Below are positions 9,634-22,059 of a stretch of 64,000 nucleotides of DNA, piece after piece. The notes beneath the pieces are model-generated. The model made no database searches. It saw only the letters and a list, made by a program, of their open reading frames with translations, and was not told where the DNA came from. The stretch comes from Rebecca billardiae RCC1528 (lineage: Eukaryota; Protista; Haptophyta), in contig OZ251231.1 of assembly GCA_965240325.2 (NCBI GenBank), positions 620,001 through 684,000 of the forward strand, written 5' to 3'. A program made the translations under genes and the position numbers. Positions within the stretch are counted from its first letter, which is position 1. Each line of letters begins with the position of its first letter.

Positions 9634-11301
9634 ATGCTGCACGAGGTGGCGTCCATCGAGGAGCGGCGCACGGGGAAGCGCGGCCGCGCCGAGTACCGCG
9701 TGCGCTGGAAGGGGTACGGCCCCGAAGACGACACGTGGGAGCCCCAGGCGCACCTCCGTGCTGCCGCTGTCTCGGCGCTAGTCCGCGATTTCGATGCGAA
9801 ACAGCAGCCGCCGGCCAAGCGGAGCAAGGGGGCGGCACAGGCCGCTGCGGCTCCTACGGCACCCGTCCTGACGACGCCCCCCCCTGCGACCAAGGCCGAC
9901 GCCGCCGTGACTGCCACCGCAGCGAAGCTGCTCTCCCCGCCGGCTCCCGCGCCCGCACCCTCGCGCGCGCTCAAGAGCTTTGCGCGCCAGGCAGCGGTCG
10001 AAGATGCGCCGGCGGCAGCCCAGGCGCTCGGCGCGGCGGCGGAGGCCGCCGAGCGCGCTCTGGTCGACGCGACGGGGCAGCTCAAGAAGGCCCATGCTGA
10101 ACGGCTGCGCGCGCAACGCGCCGAGGCCGCGGCCGAGGCTGAGGTGAAGGCTCGGCGCGAGGCGCGCGACAAGGCTGCGTCCAAGCTCAAGGCGGCGCAG
10201 GCGGACTGCGTGGGCGACGCCGAGCGCCTCCTTGCGCTGCTGCAGGGGCTCCTCAGCGCCGAGCTCCCCCGGGGTGTCGCCGGCACCGATGAGCGAGCTC
10301 TCCTCTCAGACCTCAAGACCATGCTCGGCGACGCGCCATTCGCCCCCGCCGCCCTCAGCGTACTCGAGGCCAGCACGACGGCCAGGCCGCATCTCGCGGT
10401 CGAGATTGGCGTGCGCGTCGCCGATCTGCACGCGGGCAGCGCGCCCGAGCTCGCCAAGCGCGCGGCCGACCTGGCACTCGGCGCACCGTGCACCCGCTAT
10501 CTCGGCGATCTCGAGAGGCTCGTGGCCGTCGCCGCGCGGCTTGGAGACGGCGGGATGGCCGCGGCGATTGCGACGCGCGCGCTCAAGCTCTGCCAGCAGC
10601 CGCCACCGCTGCCGTCGAGGCCCGAGCCGGCGGGCACGCTTGCTCGGTCGTATCTCACGCAGATGGATTTGGAGGTCTCCACGCTCGTCGCAAGCGAGGT
10701 GTCCTCGAAGCTCGTGCCCATCTGGCGCGCGTGCGACGAGCACGGCGCGCTCAAGCACGCGGCAGCCATGCTGGCGGAGGGCATGCGTGCGCGCCTGGCC
10801 ATTCTCGAGGCTCACGCACAGCCGCCGGCGTGCGCGCTCCGGAGCCGCGTGCTCACGGAGCTCGGCGAGGCAGTGGGCACCAAGCACACCTTCCTCCGCG
10901 ACTTCCTGCTCTCCGACGAGGTGCGCGCGCGCGCGCGCCATCGCTGAGCCGCCAGCGCGAAGGTTGTGCTGCCGTGCTGCGAGCGCGCGCGCGCGCGCAG
11001 CAGCGCCCGTGCCGCCTCCTCGGCGGCCATTGGCTCACGCGTGCGTGCGTGTGCGCGCGCGCAGATCGAGACCGAGTTCAACGCGGGCAAGGCGGGGCGC
11101 ATGGCGTTGCACCGGGTGATCGACGGGTCGCCAGCACTGTGCAACGCGATCTCGCACGAGTCGCGAGGCTGGGGTGCTGACCGCAGGCTCACGCTGCGCA
11201 AGTGCGGCTTCCCGACGGACGCTGACTCCGCGATGCGCGAGGCCTTGCTCACGGCCGTGCGCGCCACGCGCGAGGCCATCGATGGCGCGCCGGGGGCGTG
11301 A
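9634..11301 (+). CDS. Chromodomain protein with C-terminal R3H-like domain, 2 exons (9634-10920, 11065-11301)
   Basis: N-terminal EVASIEERR...EYRVRWKGYGPEDDTWEP is a chromodomain. Phase-0 intron GTGCGC...GCGCAG at 10921-11064. Exon 2 reads RMALHRVID...ISHESRGWGADRRLTLRK (R-x3-H and the HES.G.G..R pattern). Confidence 0.78.
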
Positions 11302-11857
11302 TGATGGCAGCTGCGGAGCAGTATCACAGGGCTTCTCACGTGCTGACGTACACTCGCAAGCTCAGAAGGCCACCGCGGAGCCGGCGTCACGTCGTCAGCA
11401 CTGCTACGCAGCTACGCGCGCCGCCTGAGGCACAGACGCAGAGTGCGCCGGGGTCGCGGCAGTATTATTCATAAGTGAATCGTGGGACCCCGAGCGCCGC
11501 TGAGCTGCACTGCGGTGCCGAGCGCAGCATCAGAGTGGGTACTAGTGAGCAGATACAGTTTACTATGATTTAACGTGCACACTTGGTTAGTATCCTCTGA
11601 GTCTCTGACTCGAATCGCTCTGCTGTCTACTACTACAGTTATGGCAGCGGCCGTTCCGGACTTTGGCGGACCCGGAGTTCCCGGAACGTTCCTCCGATGC
11701 GAGGCCGAGCCGGACGCACGGGGAGGGGTCCAACACCTGAACTAACGGTCTTCGTCTTCGCGGGTCGACTCGTCGTCTCAGCATTTGAAGCGGGCCGCCG
11801 CCACGCCGCTCTGCACGGGCTCGGCGTGGGGGTGCGCTGGGCGCGACGGAGGTTTGC

Positions 11858-14800
11858 TTGCGGCGCATGGGCGCCTGGGTCACCCAAGACCACGCGTACA
11901 CATCGCGCATGCGCAACGAGCCCGACACGCGTCTCGCCAAGGCGGCGGCGGCCGCGGCGGTCCTCGTGCTCGTCGCGAGCGCCGCCGTGCCCATCATCTC
12001 GTGGAGCCTGCGGCCCTCGGTGGAGGAGCTGGCGCGCAGGCCGCTGGCTACCGCGTCAATCGCGCAGGCCGAGCTCGCGCTCGACGGCGCGGTCCGCGCG
12101 CGGGGCGCCTTCGAGGCGCACGCGAACGCAACGCTCGGCTCGCTCGGCGCGCGTGACGGCGCCGGCCTCGGCCGCTGGCTTTGGACGCCGAGTCGCGAGG
12201 CGCCCGGCTCCGCGGCGCAGCATGACAAGCTGGCGGCGTGCGTGAGCACGCTCGAGCGCTCCATCGGCACCGCGCGCGCCGCGCTCCTCGCGCACGAGCG
12301 ACGCACGCGCGCAGAGCACTCGCTCGCGCGCACGCCGATTGCTGAGGACGCGCTGCTGCGATCGCTCGAGCGCGCGCACGCGTCGCTGCGCGCGCAGCTC
12401 GCGCGGTGGCGGCGGTACGTGCTGGGCGCGATGGTTCTCGGCCTCGCGATCGGCGCGGCCCTTACCGTCGCCTTCCGTGCCGCCACCGATCGCAGCCGGC
12501 TGCGCGCCGCGGCGCCGCCAACGTCCGAAGGCGGACCGGCCGCTGCCGCCGCCGCACGAGAGCTTGAGCTCGAGAGCGCCCTGCAGCACGCGCGCGCGGC
12601 GGCGGAGGCGGCGGAGGTGCGCGCGGCGCGCGCGGAGGAGGCGAGCCAGCGCCTCGTGGACACGAGCCGGCTGCTTGCCGTGCCCACGCCGCTGCGCCCG
12701 CTCGGCGCGGCCAGCATCGGCGGCTCGCCGCCCACGCCGCCGCCGCGCGCAGCCGACGACGACGACGACGGCGGCGGCGGCGGCACGCTGGCCGTGCGCG
12801 CAGCTGGCCACCGCCGCGGCGGCGCGGGCGCTGGCAGCAGCAGCGCCGGCGGCTCGGACGAGGGCGGCCGCGAGCACGTGCGCACGCCCGAGCCCTCCTC
12901 GCCGTCGCGAGGTTCGATCTCCCGCTGGACGCATCACTCGAGCGACGATCTCGAGATCGACAATCTCGAGATCGACAATCTCAGCCCGGCGGCGGCGGCG
13001 GCGGCGGCGACCGCGGGCGGCGCGGGCCGCAGTGGAGAGGGCGGGGCGGAGGGCGGCGCCGAGGGCACCGCGGCGACGCCTGCGCCGCTCCTGAGCGGCC
13101 GAGTGAGCCTCGGGCGCGCATCCGTCGGCTCGGCCGCCAGTGCCTCGGCCAGCGCGAGATTTGGCGCGCCGCCGCCGCCGCCGCCGCCGCCGGCTGTCAG
13201 GCTGCACGCGACGGACACGCCTACGCGCGCCGCCGCCGCCCTCGCCACCGCCGCGCGCACGCCGCCGCGCGCCGTGCCGTCCGGGCTGCCCGCGCGCGCG
13301 TCGTGCGGCCTCCCCTCGCCCTCGAGCGCGCGCTCGACCGGCCGAGCTGATCCCAGCTCGGCCGGCACTGCCGGCACGCCGGAGCGGCCGCGCGGCGGCG
13401 GGCGCACGCTCGCGAGCGCTCTAGGCGCGAGCGCGCGCGGCGGCGGCGGCGCGGACTCGCCGGCGGCGATGGCCGCGACGGAGGCGGCGGCGGCGACCGC
13501 TGCGGCGGGCTCGCTCGCCGCCGCCGCCATTGCGGCCGAGCCGACGTCGCCTGCGCCGACGGCCGCCGCTGCGCGCGGCGGGCGGCAGCAGCGGCAGCAG
13601 CAGCAGCAGCAGCAGCACTCACCATCACGCTCGCCGCCGCCACCTCGCACGCCGAGCGGCGGCGCCGAGCGCACGCCACGCAGCGGCGCCAGCGGCGCGC
13701 GCCCCGGCGCCGCCGCCGTGCCGCACACGCCGGCCGGCTTGCAGCCGCCCAGCTCTCCGCTCGACAGTCTGAAGGCCCTTTCCGCGGAGGCGCGCGAGCG
13801 CGCGGGCGCGGCGCGCGCGCAGCTGCTCTCAAGTGTGTCCCAACTGCGCGCGTCTGTGGGGAGCGGGGGCAGCGCGGCGAGCCGGCAGAGCACGCCCGGC
13901 AGGGCCGGCGGCGCGGAGCGCGGCGCCGCGCGCCCGTCGCCGCTCAGCGCGCGCTCGGCCGACGGCCGCGCCGCCGCATCCGCGGCGGCGGCCGGCGCGG
14001 ACGCGGACGCTGCCTCGCCGCGCGCGCGCGCCCGCAATCTGCTGGGCCCAGATCGCAACCTCCTGGGCCCAGATGCGGAGCTTTCGACGGCGCTGGCGGA
14101 CCCGGCGTCGCTCGACGTGTCGCGCGCGGCGATTGCGAACGCGGGGCGCGCGCGGCTGCGCGCCGAGGCCGCGGCGGACGCGGCGGAGGCGCGCGCGCGC
14201 GCGCTCGGTGACAGCCTCGCGATGGCGCGCGCCGAGGCCCTCGCCCAGTCGGCGCGCGCCGCGGAGGCGCAGGCGCAGCTGGCGAACATGACGGCGCACG
14301 CGGGCGAGCAGGCGGCGCGCGCGGACGCGGCGCGCGAGGAGAACGCCGCGCTCGCCGAGCGCGCGAGCGCCGCCGAGGCGGGCGCGCGCGCGTCGGACGT
14401 TGAGCTACACCGCGCGCGCGCCGCGCTCGACGCCGCGCGCGCCGAGCTGAGCGCCGCCGAGGCGGCGTCGCGCGAGGCGCAGGCGCGCGCGCGCGCGCTG
14501 GCCGCGGAGGCGGAGCGGCGCGCGCGGCTGTCGCCACTGCACTCGCCGGCGGACGGCGCGACGGCGCGCGCGCTGCAGGCGCAGCGGCGGATGCGCCGCG
14601 CCGCACTGCGCGCGCATGATGGCCGACGGCTGCACAGCGCAATGCGGGTGCGCGCCGCGCCCGCCGCCGCACCGCCTGGCCCACGCGCGCGCGCTTGCGC
14701 CATCCCTGCCGCCCGCGCGACGGCGCGTGCGCGCCACGCCGCCCGGCCCTGATTGGAGCCCTTCGCCTCCCGCCGTGCGCACCGCCGTCCGCGCCGCGCG

Positions 14801-15589
14801 GCGCGTCTGCAGGCGCGCTGGCTCGCGGAGATGGCGGTGGGTGAGGTGCTGCATCTGCTGCTCCCGCGCGCAGTGGACGCCGAGCTGCGCCGCGGCAGGC
14901 GCCGATCATCCGGCCAGCCGGCCGAGCACGTGCTGGCGAGCCTGACCCAGCCGCCGAGCGCGACGGCCGCGACCGGCGCGGGCGGGGCGAACGCGACGCA
15001 CGTCGGCGCAAGTGTGCGGCTGCGGCTGCGCCGCGAGACGCGCGCGGGCGCGCGCACGCAGCCCGCCGCCGCCGCGCTCCTGCTCGAGTCGACCGACCGC
15101 GACGGTTACGGCTCTGGCGCGTCCAAGGCGGTGCCGCTGTCGTCCGTCTCGGCGGTGGTGTACGGCCTCGGCCGCGAGCACGCGGCCGGGAGCGCCGGGC
15201 TGGTGTTCGGCGTGCTCGCCGGAGCGCACACGCTCGTCTTCGTGTGCGCGAGCGGCGCGCAGCTCGTGCGCTGGTACGGAGGGCTGCAGGCCGCCACTGG
15301 GCTCGAGGAGATGCGGCTGGGCGCGCTCGGCGCCGCGCGGATGCGCGACGCGCTCGAGGCGCGGCGCGCGCGCGAGGGCGCGCGCAACGCCGCCAGCACA
15401 CTCGCCGCGCTCGTGCGCGCCGTGCCGCCGCCGCCGCCCGCGCCGCCGGAGGGCGCGGACGCGGCGAGCGCCACCGGCCGCGATCTGCTCCTCGGCTCGC
15501 CGCCGATCGGCAGCGACTACGGCGCGAGCCCCACCACCTCCGCGACGACGGCCACGGCCGGCACGGCGCAGCTCGGCAGCCCTTGGTGA
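11858..15589 (+). CDS. Two-TM, low-complexity/coiled-coil protein with C-terminal PH-like domain, 2 exons (approx. 11867-14647, 14813-15589)
   Basis: Two hydrophobic segments and a Ser/Pro/Ala-rich linker. Phase-0 intron 14648-14812 joins the two ORFs. Exon 2 has VPLSSVSAVVYG...TLVFVCASGAQLVRWYGGL, typical of PLC-type PH domains. Confidence 0.65.
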
Positions 15590-15673
15590 TTCAAGAATCG
15601 GCAGGCGAATGACGGCCTGACGGGCAGTCCTATCTGCCGTATGTAATTGACTCAGATCTATCTCAGACGAATT

Positions 15674-15804
<131 letters not shown>

Positions 15805-15989
15805 GTATATATTTATATGGCCAGTTCTAGCTCGTCTGTCGCGAACCTCGGAATGCGTGCGTACAATACTGCGCTATGTATACGCGCGCTAGTATTAGCT
15901 TACAGCTAACGTTACAATCACCGAGTGGCGAGTTTAAGAGTAAGACGTAGTCGGTAGTGCCATGGGCGGCAGCGCCTCCTCGAACACGG

Positions 15990-17117
15990 TCAGGCTGCCG
16001 CGACAGTGAACTTGCCGGCTTCGGGCTGGTCGACGACAAAGTCGGTCTCCAGGCTCCCGCTGTTGAGCACCGCCGCGAACGCCGTCGCCGTCCGCCCGTC
16101 GAACGAGTTCCCCCACAGCCGGAGCGCGCGCAGCGCCGAGCCGTGCTGCAGCGCGTTGGCAAAGTCGAGCAGCGAGACCGCCGAGATGCCGTTGCTGCTC
16201 AGGTCGAGCGCGGTGAGCGAGATGGGCTGCGTGAGCGCGGCGGCGATGGGCGCGGCCCCGCCGTCCTTCAGCCCGCACGCCGACACGTTCAGCGACTCGA
16301 GCGTGCTCGACTCCTCGATCAGCGTCGCCACGACCGCGCCGCCTTCCTCTCCGAGCTTGTTGCACCGCAGGTTGAGCACCCGAAGCGCGCTCGGCGCGTC
16401 CGCGCGCGGCGCGAGGAGCGCGGTGGCGAGCTGGCGCATGCCGTGCTCGCGGATGCCGTGCTTGGAGATGTCGAGCACCTGCAGCGTCGAGTTCACCTCG
16501 AGCATCGACGCCAGGTGCACCGTCGTCTCGTCGTCGAGCGAGTGCAGCCGCGGGTTGGCAATCGACAGCGACGTGAGCGTCTTGTTGGTGCGCAGCGCGG
16601 TGGCGAGGGCGACGACGGCCTCGGTCTCGAGCTCGGCGTCGTCGAGCGCGAGCGCGCCGATCGTGTTGAACCCCTGCAGCATCTCCGCCGCGCAGATCCC
16701 GCCCTCGAACCCGACTGGATTCCGCGAGAGGTCGAGGTAGCGGAGCGAGCCGGTCGAGCGGAGCGCGCCGCACAGCGCGGCGCAGCCCTCGGGGCCGATG
16801 TCGTTGTTCTGCAGGTCGACGAGCGCGAGGGTGGTGTCACCCGCGAGCAGCGCCTGGAGCGCGCGCGCGCCGGCGTCGCCGATCGAGTGGTGCGTGAGCG
16901 TGAGCGACCTGACGAGCGGGTACGCCTGCATCGTGCCGGCGAGCGGCATGATGTCGGCGTCCGTCAGCGGGGGGCTGTCCTTGCGACCGGCGACGATGAT
17001 GGAGACATCATTCTCGTCGCTCCCTTCAACGCACTCGAGCACGCGCTCGATCGGCTTCACCGACGACTTGGCGCACTCGTCCTTGTACGTCGACACCCAC
17101 ACGCCAATCTTGTTCAT
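15990..17117 (-). CDS. RNI-like leucine-rich repeat protein (possibly LRRC34-like)
   Basis: 28-aa repeats such as LALVDLQNNDIGPEGCAALCGAL, LRYLDLSRNPVGFEGG, LRVLNLRCNKLGEEGG, LTALDLSSNGIS; ATG at 17117. Confidence 0.85.
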   Translation of the reverse strand: MNKIGVWVSTYKDECAKSSVKPIERVLECVEGSDENDVSIIVAGRKDSPPLTDADIMPLAGTMQAYPLVRSLTLTHHSIGDAGARALQALLAGDTTLALVDLQNNDIGPEGCAALCGALRSTGSLRYLDLSRNPVGFEGGICAAEMLQGFNTIGALALDDAELETEAVVALATALRTNKTLTSLSIANPRLHSLDDETTVHLASMLEVNSTLQVLDISKHGIREHGMRQLATALLAPRADAPSALRVLNLRCNKLGEEGGAVVATLIEESSTLESLNVSACGLKDGGAAPIAAALTQPISLTALDLSSNGISAVSLLDFANALQHGSALRALRLWGNSFDGRTATAFAAVLNSGSLETDFVVDQPEAGKFTVAAA

Positions 17118-17283
17118 GGCGGCGCTCGCTCCAAGGAGGCGCAAGAAACGACTTTCTTGGCCGGCGAAACAGACGCGCTAGTACTATTGAGCTTGGGACG
17201 ACTGCAGTCCTGCAGCCGGGAGGCTGGCGAGCGGTCTTGAGCCGCCGTCACAGCCCTCCCAACTTGCGCTCGCGCGGGCAAGC

Positions 17284-18324
17284 ATGGGCGCGGTCCTCAG
17301 CACGCGCTCGCCGGGCGTCTACCAGGGCTTCACCCTCTTCGGCGAGGCCGTCGCAGCAACGGACCTCAAGGGCCGAGGGCAGGACCGTTTCGCCCTCGCG
17401 CGGCGCGGCGCGACGCTGCTGGTTGGCGTGTTTGACGGCCACTCGCCCGAGGGGCAGCCGGGCGGCGGCGACGAGGCGGACAAGGCCGCGGCGTACTTTG
17501 AGCGCGCGCTCTTCCGGCCTGAGCTGTGGGCCGCCGTCAAGGCCGCCGACTCGGCCGCGCTCCCCGCCGCCCTCAGCCGCCAGTTCACGTTGTTCCAGGA
17601 GGCGCGCGAGGCGGACTACGCAAAGAACGTGCGCGAGCCTCTGCTCGCGCAGAAGGCCAAGCTCGAGGCGGAAATTGGCGAGGAGCTCCCGCTCGAGCTG
17701 CCACAAGAGGGCGGCACCACCGCGACGGTCGTCATCCTCACGAGGAAGACGCTCGCCATCGCGTGGGTGGGTGACTCGGAGGCTGTGCTGGCGCGCACGC
17801 CGGCCGGAGCGGACGCCGACCAGGTGGCCGCGGTGGCGCTCACAACGCGCAAGCACCACACGTCGTGCGCCGAGGAGGCGCAGCGCGTCGCCGCTGCCGG
17901 CGCCCACCTCCACTCGGGCGTCTGCTTCGTGCAGGGCGTGTCGGGCGGGGTGCGCGTGACGCGCTCGCTGGGCGACTGCGCGCTGCATGCAAATTCGATC
18001 CTGCTGGGCACGCCCGACGTCGAGACTTTCGAGCGGACGGAGGGCGACGCGTTCGCGCTGATCGCGTCGGACGGCCTGTGGGACTGCATCGACCACGCGA
18101 CCGCCGTCCGCATGGTCGCTGACCGCGTGCGCGGCTGCGGCGCAGCCGGCACGCGTGCCGCGCTCGCCGCCGCCCGCCAGTCCTTGTTCGATGCGGCCGG
18201 CACGGCGGCACACCCCGACGACACCGCCGTTGTGCTCCTGTGTCTCAACGCGGCGCATCCGCTGTTCGCCAAGAGCACCGAGCCACAAATCCCGGCCCCC
18301 GCGCCCACGGCAGGCACGGGCTGA
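17284..18324 (+). CDS. PP2C (PPM) family Ser/Thr phosphatase with possible N-myristoylation (MGAVLS)
   Basis: QDRF, GVFDGH, GTTA, AWVGDS, VTRSLGD, IASDGLWD and DDTAVV motifs. Confidence 0.9.
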   Translation: MGAVLSTRSPGVYQGFTLFGEAVAATDLKGRGQDRFALARRGATLLVGVFDGHSPEGQPGGGDEADKAAAYFERALFRPELWAAVKAADSAALPAALSRQFTLFQEAREADYAKNVREPLLAQKAKLEAEIGEELPLELPQEGGTTATVVILTRKTLAIAWVGDSEAVLARTPAGADADQVAAVALTTRKHHTSCAEEAQRVAAAGAHLHSGVCFVQGVSGGVRVTRSLGDCALHANSILLGTPDVETFERTEGDAFALIASDGLWDCIDHATAVRMVADRVRGCGAAGTRAALAAARQSLFDAAGTAAHPDDTAVVLLCLNAAHPLFAKSTEPQIPAPAPTAGTG

Positions 18325-18792
18325 GGGTCATTAGTGGAGCTGTGCCGCGGATAGAACGGTCAGGAGCCCACCGTCCGGTCGGGCGTCACGGGCGTGGCCG
18401 TGGGGCCGTCGCGGACGAGCTGCCAAGGCCAAGGGGTCTTACAAATAACCCACTACTAAAGTCTCGTCCTTGGACGAGCTGCCTCGCTGTCATCGACGGT
18501 TATGCACGATTATGCACACTAGTTGGCAGCGCCACTTAGTCATGGCGGCTGGACGAATGTCCTCTGGTTGGACACCCCGCTCCCGAGTCGGCTGCAGTTG
18601 CTCGCAAGGCGGTCATCCCTAACTCCCTATGACAGCCGATGCCGCACACGCAGACGCCAGACGGTTTGCACCAGTACGGAGGCTCAGCACTCACTTATTA
18701 ATTAAGTTTTTCCGCGACCGCGCGGTCTCAAGCCCATGGCGCCGCCTCCTCACAGCGCGTGAGCGGACGGAGACCCTTGAGCACTTGCCCGC

Positions 18793-19926
18793 ATGTGCTG
18801 GTCTCTGGCGTGGTCAGCCACGTTTGCGAGCATCGAAGCCGTTGGCCTCGCATACATCGCCTGGCGCACCTCGCGAGCGCGGCTGGGCACCTCGGCCGAG
18901 GCCTCGATCGAGTACGCGCAGCGATGGATGCTGCCCCTCTTCGGGAGTGCGTTCCTCATCGAGCTGCTGGAGGCGCTGCTCTGGGCGGAGGGCGACAATC
19001 TGACGCGGGTAGCCGACGGCATGCGCGAGGGTTGCACGCGGCGCAACGCGAGCCTGACGCGGCTCGTCTTCTTGGTGCTGTGCATGCAGCCTCTATTCTT
19101 CATCACCGCCACGCGCCACACGGGCTACAGCTCCAACCTCCAGCTGCTCCGGGTGCCCGAAGCGCTCGCCGTGGTGTACGCAGTCGGGTGCGTGCTCTCG
19201 CTGGCCTTCGGCGAGCTCGGCGCCCAGGTGGAGCTCCAGAGCCTGGCCTCCTCCGGCCTCCTGAGCGACCGCGGCCTGGCCACTTGCACGTACATCGGCA
19301 AGCACGGTGCGCATGCTCGCGCGCGCGTGCGCGGGGGGCGGGGGGGCGGTGCTTGTCTCACTGCGTGGACGCCGCGCGGCGAGGGCGGTCACCGCCCGTC
19401 GGGCTCACCCCGCGCGGGGGCCGCGCCTCCCGCCCCGTTCCGTGCAGGCCACCTGCACTGGGTGTTCAGGCAGGTGTCCAGCACCGTGATGCCGAGCAGA
19501 TTCGGCTATTTCATGGTCACCATCTCGGCGCTGTGGGCGCGGCCGTGGTGGGTGGCCTCCGGGCTGCTGGGGTTCTACCTGGCGGTGTTCGCGGTGATCG
19601 ACCTCGCCCTCATGGGGCGCTCGAGCGAGGCCGGCTCGGTGTGGTGCTGGTCCGCCTTTGCAGGCCTCGCCTTCCTCGTCGCGCAACCGCGCCTGTTTGC
19701 GGAGCAGGCGGCCGAGGCCGGGTTTGGACGGCCGCCGATTGCCGCGCAGCCTCCGGCCGCAGCGCCCGCGGCGGCGGCGACGACCCGGGCGAGAAATGAC
19801 AGCACTGGCGGGGACGTGGCTCCCGGATCGGCGAGCGACGAGGGCGACAGCAAGAGCGCGAGTGATAGCGGGATCACTGACATTCAATATTACGACGAGG
19901 CGTACCGCGCTGGCCAATTGGTGTAA
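18793..19926 (+). CDS. Multi-pass membrane protein, DUF5765-like; in-frame 141-bp intron at 19307-19447
   Basis: Starts MCWS and ends its TM region with GSVWCW. Removing the GTGCGC...TGCAG intron restores CTYIGKHGHLHW. The family assignment is from recalled motifs only. Confidence 0.65.
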   Translation: MCWSLAWSATFASIEAVGLAYIAWRTSRARLGTSAEASIEYAQRWMLPLFGSAFLIELLEALLWAEGDNLTRVADGMREGCTRRNASLTRLVFLVLCMQPLFFITATRHTGYSSNLQLLRVPEALAVVYAVGCVLSLAFGELGAQVELQSLASSGLLSDRGLATCTYIGKHGAHARARVRGGRGGGACLTAWTPRGEGGHRPSGSPRAGAAPPAPFRAGHLHWVFRQVSSTVMPSRFGYFMVTISALWARPWWVASGLLGFYLAVFAVIDLALMGRSSEAGSVWCWSAFAGLAFLVAQPRLFAEQAAEAGFGRPPIAAQPPAAAPAAAATTRARNDSTGGDVAPGSASDEGDSKSASDSGITDIQYYDEAYRAGQLV

Positions 19927-20033
19927 TGGCCCGCGGCGGTGCGGCGGGCCACCGACGGTCATGAGACGCACCTCGATCTCGTGGCTCGTCGTACTCCTAG
20001 TATATAGCCAGCAGTTGATGAATGACCATGTCG

Positions 20034-21996
<1,963 letters not shown>

Positions 21997-22059
21997 TAAT
22001 CACCGAGTCCGAGCGCAGTGCATCACAGTGACAGTGTCCGAGCAGCCTGTAGTCACCCG

